Notes under the pieces: generated by a model
Databases searched by the model: none
Told to the model about the DNA's origin: nothing
Seen by the model: the letters and a program-made list of their open reading frames with translations, nothing else
From: an uncultured Thermoanaerobaculia bacterium
GTDB taxonomy: Bacteria; Acidobacteriota; Thermoanaerobaculia; Multivoradales; Multivoraceae
Assembly: GCA_951813015.1 (NCBI GenBank)
Contig: CATOTG010000002.1
Location: 325,310-389,309, forward strand
Direction: 5' to 3'
Length of the DNA: 64,000 bases
Made by a program: the position numbers and the translations under genes
Part shown: one piece after another, positions 30,540 through 39,674 of the stretch
How positions within the stretch are numbered: the stretch's first letter is position 1
Layout of the letters: each line of letters starts with the position of its first letter

Positions 30540-33500
30540 CGCCCCGCCCCCGCCCGCTCCCCACTTCCCACTTCCCCGGCGAACTCCCCGAACACGACCC
30601 GGAGGTCGGGCAACTCGTTCATGTCCGCAGCCGCCGCTGGCTGGTCGAGCACGTCCGGCCCGGCGAGAGGCCCGGCGAATCCTCGATCGTCCGCCTCGCC
30701 TGCGCCGAAGACGACGCCCAGGGCGAGGAGATCGAGGTCTTCTGGAAGGTCGAGATCGACCGCTGCATCCTGAAGCAGGAAGGCTGGGGCGAACTCGCCG
30801 CGAGAGGATTCGACACGCCGCGCCGGTTCGCCGCCTTCCTCCACACGCTGCGCTGGAACTGCGTCACCGCCACCGACCCGGACCTGTTCCAGGCGCCCTT
30901 CCGCGCCGGCATCAAGCTGGACGCCTACCAGATGGAGCCGCTGCGCAAGGCGCTTCGAATGCCGCGGGTCAACCTCTTCATCGCCGACGACACCGGACTG
31001 GGGAAGACGATCGAGGCCGGCCTGATCGCCCGCGAACTTCTGCTCCGCAAGAAGGTCCGGACGATCGTCGTCTCCGCGCCGAGTTCCGTCCTCGAACAGT
31101 GGCAGGCCGAGATGGAGGAGCGCTTCGGACTGCTGTTCGAGATCCTCGACCGCGCGTACTTCACCCGCATTCGGCGCGAGCGCGGCTTCGGCGTCAACCC
31201 CTGGAAGACCCACAGCCGCTTCCTGGTCTCCCACAACCTGCTCCGGGATCCGACGTACGCCGATCCGATGCGGGCCTGGCTCGGCCCGGTGCTCCGCGGC
31301 AGCCTGTTTATTCTCGACGAAGCACACCACGCGGCGCCTTCGAGCGGCGGACGATACGGCATCGAGTCGAAGTTCACTCGCGCGATTCGGGACCTGAGCC
31401 ACCGCTTCGAGCACCGCCTCTTCCTCTCCGCGACGCCGCACAACGGCCACTCGAACAGCTTCTCCACCCTCCTGGAGCTGCTCGACCCCCATCGATTCAC
31501 ACGCGGAGTCAACGTCCGCAGGGAGTCTCTGGACGCGGTCATGGTGCGCAGGCTCAAGGAGGACATCCGCGAGGTCCAGGGCGGGTTCCCAAGGCGCAAC
31601 GTGGCGCCCGTCAGGATCGAGAGCCTTCCCGAACACCAACCGGAACTCGAACTGTCCCGACTGCTCGACGAGTACCGGGCAGTCCGCGCGGAGAGGTTCA
31701 AGACGGCAACCAGCAGCGCCCGGGCCGCCTCCGGCCTGCTCGTCGTCGGCCTGCAGCAGCGCCTGCTGTCGTCCATCGAGGCGTTCGCGGTCAGCCTGCA
31801 GACCCACCGCAAGACGGTCGCTCGGCAGCGCGACCAGGAACTCCAGCAACAGGCCGGCGCCGCGACGACCGCCCGCGCCAAAACGGAAGCTCAACTCTTC
31901 GTCTCGACATCCGGGGCAACCGGCGCCGACGGCGACCAGGAGGACGAAGCGGCGTGGACCTCGGAGGAGGAAGCCGAGCGGGAAGAAGAGCGGCAGATCG
32001 AGACGATCACCGCCGCGTCGGAAGCAGCCGCGATTTCCGCCGTCAACGGCACAACGACCGAAGCGACGGGCGAGGAACTCTGGCAGCGCGGGAACGCCCT
32101 CCTGGACCGCATGGAGCAGGTCGCCGCGCAAGCCCGTGGCCGGCCCGACGCGAAGACGCGCCGTCTCGTCGACTGGATTCGCGAGAACCTCTGCCCCGAC
32201 CTCCCGCCGCTCGGAACGGCGTTGCCGCCAGGTACGCCGCCACCGCGCTGGAACAACCGGCGGCTGCTGATCTTCACGGAGAACCGCGTGGGCACGAAGC
32301 GCTACCTCCGCAACATGCTGGAGAGCGCCATCGCCTGCTCCGACCGAGCCGAAGATCGCATCGTCACGATCGACGGCCACACCCGCGGCGCCGCCCGGCG
32401 CGAGATCCAGCGCCGGTTCAACGCCGAGCCCGAAGACGATCCGCTGCGCATCCTCCTGGCGACCGACGCCGCCCGCGAGGGACTGAACTTTCAGGCCCAC
32501 TGCACGGACCTGTTCCACTTCGACCTGCCATGGAATCCCGGCCGCATCGAGCAGCGGAACGGTCGCATCGACCGCAAGCTCCAGCCGGCCAGCGAAGTCA
32601 ACTGCCGCTACTTCGTTCTGCCTCAGCGGGCCGAGGACCGCGTACTGGAGGTCCTCGTCGAGAAGACGGAGACGATCCGAAAGGAACTCGGAAGCCTGTC
32701 CAGGGTGATCGACGACCGGATCGAACGTCGCCTGAACAGCGGCGGCATACCCCACGGCACGGTCGACCGACTCGCGGCCGAGATCGCGGCAGCCGATCTT
32801 GAGGTCGAGCGCAAACGCGTCGCCGCCGAGGAACTGGAGAGCGCCCGCCAGCGCCGAAGCGACCTCCAGGACCAGATCAACCGCTGCCAGACCCTGCTCC
32901 AGAACTCGCGAAAGTGGGTCCAGTTCGACGTCGAGCCGTTCCGGGACGCGCTTTCCTGTTCGCTCGAGCTGCTGGGCGCAAAGCCGCTGCAAGCGACGCG
33001 GAACGAGAACCGCGAAACGATCTGGACCTTCCCCGCCCTCGACGGCCAGACCTCCGCCGACCCCACCTGGGCACGCACCCTCGACTCCCTGCGCCGGCCG
33101 CGGCGGCGCAATCAGAAGCTCACCGACTGGCGCAAGGAGCAGCCGCCCCGCCCCATCGTGTTCGAAGACGCCGGCGTGCTGACCGACGAGACGGTCCACC
33201 TGCATCTCGAACAACGGGTAGCGCAGAGGCTCCTCGCTCGCTTTCGCTCCCAGGGCTTCCTTCACCACGACTTGTCGCGCGCCTGTCTCGCCCAAGCCGC
33301 CGACTCGATCCCCAGAGTCGTCCTCCTCGCCCGGCTGTCTCTCTACGGCAGCGGCGCCGAACGGCTGCACGAGCAGGTCATCACCGTGGCCGCGCGCTGG
33401 GTCGAACCGTCGCGCCGCACGGCGCCGCTGAGGGCCTACGCCCGTGACGCGGAACAACGCACGCTCGACCTGCTTGAAGCGTCCCTTGCCGGAACGAGCA

Positions 33501-33922
33501 GACGACCGGTGAACGAGGTTGTAGCGCAGAGGCTCCTGAACGCCGCAGCGCGCGACATAGAGGAACTGCGTCCTCAGCTCGAACCACGAGCCAGGGAACT
33601 CGCCGCAGTCGCGACAAAGCGGCTCCAGGAGCGCGGCGAGCGAGAGTCTCGTGAACTGCGCGCGATTCTGAAACAGCAGCGCCAGCGGGTCCGCGACGAA
33701 CTGCAACTGAGAGACAACCAGTTCGTTCAGCGCACACTCGCCTTCAACCGCGACGAAGAGCGGCAGTTGCAGGCCGACATGCGTTCCTGGCGCACGCGAC
33801 TGGAGCAATTCGACCGCGACCTGGAGCACGAACCCCAACGCATTCGCAACTTCTACGAAGTCCGCGTAGCGCCGCCCGTCGAACCGCTGGGCATCGTCTA
33901 CCTGTGGCCGGAGACGAACTGA
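30536..33922 (+). CDS. drmD: DISARM SNF2-like helicase DrmD
   Basis: LRWNCVTATDP.LFQAPFRAGI...YQ.EPL, ADDTGLGKT, DEAHH, SATPHNG, TDAAREGLN, PWNPGRIEQRNGRIDR; followed by an MTase and drmABC. Confidence 0.93.
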   Translation: MTPRPRPLPTSHFPGELPEHDPEVGQLVHVRSRRWLVEHVRPGERPGESSIVRLACAEDDAQGEEIEVFWKVEIDRCILKQEGWGELAARGFDTPRRFAAFLHTLRWNCVTATDPDLFQAPFRAGIKLDAYQMEPLRKALRMPRVNLFIADDTGLGKTIEAGLIARELLLRKKVRTIVVSAPSSVLEQWQAEMEERFGLLFEILDRAYFTRIRRERGFGVNPWKTHSRFLVSHNLLRDPTYADPMRAWLGPVLRGSLFILDEAHHAAPSSGGRYGIESKFTRAIRDLSHRFEHRLFLSATPHNGHSNSFSTLLELLDPHRFTRGVNVRRESLDAVMVRRLKEDIREVQGGFPRRNVAPVRIESLPEHQPELELSRLLDEYRAVRAERFKTATSSARAASGLLVVGLQQRLLSSIEAFAVSLQTHRKTVARQRDQELQQQAGAATTARAKTEAQLFVSTSGATGADGDQEDEAAWTSEEEAEREEERQIETITAASEAAAISAVNGTTTEATGEELWQRGNALLDRMEQVAAQARGRPDAKTRRLVDWIRENLCPDLPPLGTALPPGTPPPRWNNRRLLIFTENRVGTKRYLRNMLESAIACSDRAEDRIVTIDGHTRGAARREIQRRFNAEPEDDPLRILLATDAAREGLNFQAHCTDLFHFDLPWNPGRIEQRNGRIDRKLQPASEVNCRYFVLPQRAEDRVLEVLVEKTETIRKELGSLSRVIDDRIERRLNSGGIPHGTVDRLAAEIAAADLEVERKRVAAEELESARQRRSDLQDQINRCQTLLQNSRKWVQFDVEPFRDALSCSLELLGAKPLQATRNENRETIWTFPALDGQTSADPTWARTLDSLRRPRRRNQKLTDWRKEQPPRPIVFEDAGVLTDETVHLHLEQRVAQRLLARFRSQGFLHHDLSRACLAQAADSIPRVVLLARLSLYGSGAERLHEQVITVAARWVEPSRRTAPLRAYARDAEQRTLDLLEASLAGTSRRPVNEVVAQRLLNAAARDIEELRPQLEPRARELAAVATKRLQERGERESRELRAILKQQRQRVRDELQLRDNQFVQRTLAFNRDEERQLQADMRSWRTRLEQFDRDLEHEPQRIRNFYEVRVAPPVEPLGIVYLWPETN

Positions 33923-33980
33923 TGAGCGGAGTGCGACAGGTGGCAGGGTTCGCGTCATCAGCACGGCGCCGCCCGTAGCG

Positions 33981-36900
33981 ATGCCGAAGCTCGACGCGAA
34001 CACAAGAGCCCACCTCGAGTGGCTCGGCTTCGTCCGGCCGACCGGCCTCGTGGTGTCGCCGCCGGCGCTCAACAAGGCCGGCGCCGTGCTGGAACGGGCC
34101 GATCGGGAGGGCCAGCGGCTGCTTCGCGACGCGGTATCCGAGCGGGAGTTCAAGCCCGGCGAAGGTCGCCAGCCCTGGCTGCCCGCCTTCGAGGACTTCG
34201 CCCGCTCGGTCCTCGGCTGGCGCTTCTCTCCCGCGGGCTACGCGGGCGGGAACGCGGCGCCGATTCCCGACGAACTGAGCCTTCACCTTCCGGACTGCGG
34301 CGAGACCCTCCGACCCGACTTCGCGGTCCGCGAACGAAGCCCGGACGAGGATGGCTCGCGCTGGCAACTGCTCGTGCAGACCGTCGAACCGGGCCAGAGC
34401 TTCGACCGCGCGGTCTCCGGCGCCGGCAAGCTGGAAGCCTCCCCGCACAGCCGCATGGAACGCCTGCTGCGAGCGAAGGCGGTTCCCGCCGGGCTGCTGT
34501 TCAACGGCCGCGCCTTGCGCCTCGTCTCGGCGCCGCGCGGCGAGACTTCCGGCTGGATCGATTTCCAACTCGCCGACATGCTGCTTGTCGCGGGCCGCCC
34601 GATCTGCACGGCCCTGCGCCTGCTCCTGAACGAGCAGCGGCTGCTCGCCCTGCCCAGGCGCCAGCGACTGGCTGCGCTTCTCGCGGACAGCCGCAAGTAC
34701 CAGAACGAGGTCAGCGAACGCCTGGCCGAGCAGGTCCTGCATGCCCTCTACGAACTGCTGCGCGGCTTCCAGGCGGCGCACGACGCGTCGAGAAAGGAAC
34801 TCCTGGGCGACCAGTTGCGCGAGGATCCGGGCGGCATCTACCACGGCCTTCTCACCGTGGTGCTGCGCCTGGTCTTCCTGCTCTACGCCGAAGAGCGCGA
34901 TCTCCTCTCCGAAGACGCAACCTTCGTCCGCCACTACTCCCTGGCCAGTCTCCACGACCGGCTGCGGGCCGACGCGGCGCTTCACCCCGACACGATGGAC
35001 CAGCGCTACGGCGCCTGGGCCCAGTTGCTGGCGCTGTTCCGCATGATCCACAACGGCGCCGCAGCCGCCGGCCTCCGCCTCCCGCCACGGCACGGCGTGC
35101 TCTTCGATTTCGACCGCTTTCCGTTCCTGGAGGGTCGGCCCCCGGGAAGCGTGGCCCAGAACCACGAGCGCGTCGCGGCGCCGCTCGTATCCGACGGCAC
35201 GGTTCATCGCGCTCTGGAGAAGCTCCTCGTGCTCGACGGCGACCGCCTCTCCTACCGCGCGCTGGACGTCGAGCAGATCGGCTCCGTCTACGAAACGATG
35301 ATGGGCTTCCGCCTCGAACGCGCCGAGGGACCTTCGTGCGCGATCAAGCCGGCCAAAAGGCACGGCGCGCCCGCCACGGTGAACCTGGCAGCGCTGCTCG
35401 AAAAACCAGTCGATCGGCGCGTCCGCTGGTTCCGCGAACGGACCGACCGCAGGCTGACCGACAAGGCCGCGAAGGCGCTACGGAACGCCCGGACGATCGA
35501 CGAACTTCACGCCGGCCTCGACCGCGTGATCGACCGCGCCGCGACCCCCGACCTGGCGCCGAACGGCCACATGATCCTCCAACCGAGCGATGAACGCCGA
35601 CGCTCGGGCTCGCACTACACGCCGCGCGAACTCACCGAACCGATCGTCCGGGACACCCTGGAACCGATCCTCGACCGGCTGCGAGGGCGAGCCGCGGGAA
35701 GCGCGGGCCAGGGACAGGCAACACCGGCCGCCCTGTCGGCGCCCGCTGAACACGGATCGCGAGTACGTAGCCCACGTCATCAGGGACCGGCAACAGCGCC
35801 CGACCTGTCGGCGCCCGGGCCTTCCGGACCGCATCCGGCTCCGACGACACGAACGCCTCGGCCGGAACAGATCCTCGGGCTCAAGGTCTGCGACCCGGCG
35901 ATGGGCTCCGGCGCCTTCCTCGTCGAAGCCTGCCGTCAACTCGGCGACGTCCTGGTCGACTCCTGGCACGCCCACGACGCGGCGCCGCCCATCCCGCCCG
36001 ACGAAGACGAAACCGTCCACGCCCGGCGTCTCGTCGCCCGCAACTGCCTCTACGGCGTAGATCGCAATCCCGTCGCCGTGGACCTGGCGAAGCTCTCGCT
36101 CTGGCTGACCACCCTCGCCAGGGACCATCCCCTGACGTTCCTCGACCATGCGCTTCGCCACGGCGATTCCCTGGTCGGCCTTGCGCCGGAACAGATCCAG
36201 GCCTTCCACTGGAAGGGCAAGGAGAAGCGCTTCCAGGCCGGCATCGAGACGACCTGGATTCGAGAGCAGGTCAAGAAGGCGTTGCGCCTGAGACGGGCGA
36301 TCCAGGAGGCGCGCGACGACACGCCGGACCGGGTGCTGCGCGATCGGCTGGACGAGGCGGAACACGAACTGGCTCGGGTCAAGCAGAACGGCGATCTCGT
36401 CGTTGCGGCCTTCTTCGAATGCCAGAAGCCGAAGGACCGTGAAGCCCTGCGCCGGTCGTTCGCCGCCGAACTTCAGTTCGAGACTGCGAGCGGCTCAGGG
36501 GGCAAGCCATCGTCCCGGCCTGGCGATGACGCACAAGCATCCGTTCCGGCTTCCGTCTCGGGTCACTCCGGCATGACCGGCCGCATCCGCGCCTCCCGCT
36601 CGGACGCGATCTCGACCATCGGTTGGCTGGAGGAAAGCCGAAACGGCGACCCGCCTCTGGCGCCGTTTCACTGGGCAATCGAGTACCCCGAGGTCTTCCT
36701 GCTTGAAGAGCGCGAGAATCCCGGCTTCGACGGGATCGTCGGCAACCCGCCGTTCGCCGGCAAGAACACGATCGGCAACGCGAACGTACCGGGCTACAAG
36801 GCTTGGCTGAAGCAGCTCCACGAAGAAAGCCACGGCAACGCGGACCTTGTCGCCCACTTCTTCAGGCGCGCGTTCACGCTGGTTCGCGCAGGCGGCGCCT

Positions 36901-38495
36901 TCGGCCTGATCGCCACCAACACGATCGCCCAGGGCGACACGCGCTCGACCGGATTGCGCTTCATCTGCAAGCACGGCGGGGAGATCTTCCGCGCCCGAAG
37001 ACGCGTCAAGTGGCCCGGCTTGGCCGCCGTCGTCGTCAGCGTCGTCCATCTGCACCGCGGTCCCTGGCATGGTCCGCGGATGCTCGACGGCGTGCCGCAA
37101 CCGAAGATCACGGCCTTCCTGTTTCACCGCGGCGGGCACGAGGATCCTGCACGCCTCGCCGAGAACGCCGGCAAGAGCTTCCAGGGCAGCATCGTGCTCG
37201 GCATGGGTTTCACCTTCGACGATACGGACACGAAGGGCGTGGCGACGCCGATTGCCGAGATGAACCGCCTGGTCGAACAGGACCCGAAGAACAGGGAGGC
37301 GATCTTCCCGTACATCGGCGGCGCCGAGGTCAACAAGAGCCCGACGCACGGGCATCACCGGTACGTGATCAACTTCCGGGACTACCCGCTGCGCCGGGCC
37401 GATCCCGGGTCCGCGGCGCCGGGCCGCCGGGGCGCGGCGGCGCAGAGCGGTCGCGCCCTCGGAGACAGTCCGGTTGCGTTGTCGACCGGTGAGCCCAACT
37501 CCCCCCACGTCAGCGGATCCCGACTCGGCCTCGGCGTCGTTCGAAGTGCCGTCCGCCGGGCGCCGCCTTCGCGCCGCTCTTTGGAGCGCGGCTCGCTTCA
37601 GGTGGATGATCGGCAGGAACCAGGATCGATCCCGGAAGGCACGGCCACGTCGTGGCACGGCGCCTCCGATGGGCAGCGCGAGGAGTGGCGCCGCAGCGGG
37701 ATCGTGCCGCATGACTATCCGGATCCGGTTGCGGCGGACTGGCCGGAGCTGCTGGCGATCGTTGAGGAGCGTGTCAAGCCCGATAGAGACGTGCAGAAGC
37801 GCAAGGCACTGCGCGAGCGCTGGTGGCAGTACGCCGAGAAGAGACCCGGGCTCTACAAAGCCATCGCCGACCTCGACCGCGTGTTGGCGATCAACTGTGG
37901 TGCAACGCCACATCTGGCCTTGGCGTTTCTTCCCGCCAAGATGGTCTTTGCGCACAGTTTGGCAGTCTTTCCCTTCCCCACCCACGCCGCCTTCTGCGCC
38001 CTCCAGTCCCGCCCTCACGAACTCTGGGCGCGCTTCTTCGGATCCTCTCTGGAGGACCGACTCAGGTACACGCCGTCCGACTGCTTCGAGACCTTTCCCT
38101 TCCCCGAGAACTGGGAGACTCACTCCGACCTGGAAGTCGCCGGCGCCGCGTACCACGGTTTCCGAGCCGACCTGATGCTCCGGAGCGTCGAGGGCCTGAC
38201 GAAGACGTACAACCGCTTCCACGATCCTGAGGAGCAGAGCCCCGGCATCACCCGGCTTCGCGAGCTCCACGCGGCCATGGACCGTGCCGTCCTCGACGCC
38301 TACGGCTGGACCGACATCTCCACCGACTGCGAGTTCCTCCTCGACCACGAGATCGACGAGAGACCTGAGGGCAAGAAAAAGAAGCCCTACCGCTACCGCT
38401 GGCCCGACGAAGTCCGCGACGAGGTGCTCGCCCGCCTGCTCGAACTCAACGCCCAACGCGCCGCCGAGGAGAAGCGCAGCGGTTCCCGCCGATGA
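33981..38495 (+). CDS. drmMI: DISARM class I N6-adenine DNA methyltransferase DrmMI (Eco57I/type IIG-like)
   Basis: GSHYTP, DPAMGSGAFL (SAM binding), GNPPF (catalytic), RYTPSDCFETFPFP; follows drmD. Confidence 0.9.
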   Translation: MPKLDANTRAHLEWLGFVRPTGLVVSPPALNKAGAVLERADREGQRLLRDAVSEREFKPGEGRQPWLPAFEDFARSVLGWRFSPAGYAGGNAAPIPDELSLHLPDCGETLRPDFAVRERSPDEDGSRWQLLVQTVEPGQSFDRAVSGAGKLEASPHSRMERLLRAKAVPAGLLFNGRALRLVSAPRGETSGWIDFQLADMLLVAGRPICTALRLLLNEQRLLALPRRQRLAALLADSRKYQNEVSERLAEQVLHALYELLRGFQAAHDASRKELLGDQLREDPGGIYHGLLTVVLRLVFLLYAEERDLLSEDATFVRHYSLASLHDRLRADAALHPDTMDQRYGAWAQLLALFRMIHNGAAAAGLRLPPRHGVLFDFDRFPFLEGRPPGSVAQNHERVAAPLVSDGTVHRALEKLLVLDGDRLSYRALDVEQIGSVYETMMGFRLERAEGPSCAIKPAKRHGAPATVNLAALLEKPVDRRVRWFRERTDRRLTDKAAKALRNARTIDELHAGLDRVIDRAATPDLAPNGHMILQPSDERRRSGSHYTPRELTEPIVRDTLEPILDRLRGRAAGSAGQGQATPAALSAPAEHGSRVRSPRHQGPATAPDLSAPGPSGPHPAPTTRTPRPEQILGLKVCDPAMGSGAFLVEACRQLGDVLVDSWHAHDAAPPIPPDEDETVHARRLVARNCLYGVDRNPVAVDLAKLSLWLTTLARDHPLTFLDHALRHGDSLVGLAPEQIQAFHWKGKEKRFQAGIETTWIREQVKKALRLRRAIQEARDDTPDRVLRDRLDEAEHELARVKQNGDLVVAAFFECQKPKDREALRRSFAAELQFETASGSGGKPSSRPGDDAQASVPASVSGHSGMTGRIRASRSDAISTIGWLEESRNGDPPLAPFHWAIEYPEVFLLEERENPGFDGIVGNPPFAGKNTIGNANVPGYKAWLKQLHEESHGNADLVAHFFRRAFTLVRAGGAFGLIATNTIAQGDTRSTGLRFICKHGGEIFRARRRVKWPGLAAVVVSVVHLHRGPWHGPRMLDGVPQPKITAFLFHRGGHEDPARLAENAGKSFQGSIVLGMGFTFDDTDTKGVATPIAEMNRLVEQDPKNREAIFPYIGGAEVNKSPTHGHHRYVINFRDYPLRRADPGSAAPGRRGAAAQSGRALGDSPVALSTGEPNSPHVSGSRLGLGVVRSAVRRAPPSRRSLERGSLQVDDRQEPGSIPEGTATSWHGASDGQREEWRRSGIVPHDYPDPVAADWPELLAIVEERVKPDRDVQKRKALRERWWQYAEKRPGLYKAIADLDRVLAINCGATPHLALAFLPAKMVFAHSLAVFPFPTHAAFCALQSRPHELWARFFGSSLEDRLRYTPSDCFETFPFPENWETHSDLEVAGAAYHGFRADLMLRSVEGLTKTYNRFHDPEEQSPGITRLRELHAAMDRAVLDAYGWTDISTDCEFLLDHEIDERPEGKKKKPYRYRWPDEVRDEVLARLLELNAQRAAEEKRSGSRR
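35709..35817 (+). repeat. Two 37-bp direct repeats (33/37 identical) with a 35-bp spacer, inside an in-frame insertion of drmMI
   Basis: cagggacaggcaacaccggccgccctgtcggcgcccg (35709-35745) and cagggaccggcaacagcgcccgacctgtcggcgcccg (35781-35817). Confidence 0.8.
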
Positions 38496-38639
38496 GAAGC
38501 CTGGACCGCCCTAGGTCCAGGTCCGATCACGTCGCGGCCCCGCTTTGCAGTCACCCCTGCCCGTGTGAGAGAGTTGTCCGCAGCAAGCCGACCGGCCCAC
38601 CAGTGCCGACACCTCCCTCGCCTTCCCGCGCACCCCGCC

Positions 38640-39635
38640 ATGACTAGCGGCAAGCTTTTGCGCCGACTCATCGTCTCGGGCGCCGATGGCGACCTCGCGG
38701 CATTCCGTGCCGCCGCGGACGACGTGATCGCCGACGAGCGGCAGAAGCAACACCACCTCCTGGCGAACGACCTCGAGTCCATTCTCTATGGCCGCACTCG
38801 CGCTCCCACGTCGCCTGGCCTGCGGAGGCTCGCCCAGGCGGTCCCCGAGGATCGAGAGCGTGGTTTGGCCTTGCTGTCACTGCGCGAGCCCGTCCGTGGA
38901 ATCGAGGACGTTGTTCTCTCAAGCTCCAACCGCTCCATCGTCCGGGCCGTCCTTCACGAGCAAAACCGCGAGGAACTGCTTCAAGCGCACGGGCTCCGGC
39001 CCGTCGATCGTCTCCTGTTGTGCGGACCGCCCGGCTGCGGCAAGACGCTGACCGCAGAGGTCATCGCAAATGAGCTCGGCAGACCTCTCGCCATCGTCCG
39101 GGTCGACAGCGTCGTGTCTTCTTTCCTGGGTGAAACCGCAGCCAATCTGCGTCGCGTCTTTGACTTCATCGAAACGACGCCGACAGTAGCGCTCTTCGAC
39201 GAGTTCGACGCCTTGGGCAAGGAGCGGGACGACTCCTCGGAACACGGCGAGCTGCGCCGCGTTGTCAACGCGGTGCTGCAGATGCTTGACGCATACGACG
39301 GCCGCAGCCTCATCGTCGCTGCCACCAATCACCAATCCATGCTCGACTCGGCCGTCTGGCGCCGTTTTGAGGAGATCCTCTATCTGAGGCTGCCGACCGC
39401 AAGGCAGATTCGGGAGCTCCTCCGCGTCAAGCTGCGCGGCGTACGCCGAGCCTTCGACATCGACGCGGTCGCCGTTGAGTCGCTCTTCCCCAAAAGTACG
39501 CACGCCGACGTCGAGCGCGTGCTTCGCCGAGCCGTCAAGGAAATGGTCCTGAGCGGTGAAGGTCGCCTTGGCCTGAACCACATCCGCAGGGCCGTGCGCC
39601 GAGAGAAGGCGCGGCGTCAACCTGGGCGTACTTGA
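38640..39635 (+). CDS. AAA+ ATPase (IetA-like)
   Basis: GPPGCGKT, SSFLGETAANL, FDEFDALGK.R, GELRRVVN, AATNH, LDSAVWRRF; directly upstream of an S8 protease. Confidence 0.9.
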   Translation: MTSGKLLRRLIVSGADGDLAAFRAAADDVIADERQKQHHLLANDLESILYGRTRAPTSPGLRRLAQAVPEDRERGLALLSLREPVRGIEDVVLSSSNRSIVRAVLHEQNREELLQAHGLRPVDRLLLCGPPGCGKTLTAEVIANELGRPLAIVRVDSVVSSFLGETAANLRRVFDFIETTPTVALFDEFDALGKERDDSSEHGELRRVVNAVLQMLDAYDGRSLIVAATNHQSMLDSAVWRRFEEILYLRLPTARQIRELLRVKLRGVRRAFDIDAVAVESLFPKSTHADVERVLRRAVKEMVLSGEGRLGLNHIRRAVRREKARRQPGRT

Positions 39636-39674
39636 GTCAGGCCATTGCAGCAGCGCCTCTTCGATCACACACAA

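Noticed and set aside
30464..34153. 1229-aa minus-strand ORF and other long antisense or alternate-frame ORFs (e.g. 20651-22780, 11618-13825, 36495-38456, 53139-54959, 59857-61530)
   Set aside because: They shadow well-supported genes on the opposite strand, lack motifs, and are expected from stop-codon scarcity at high GC
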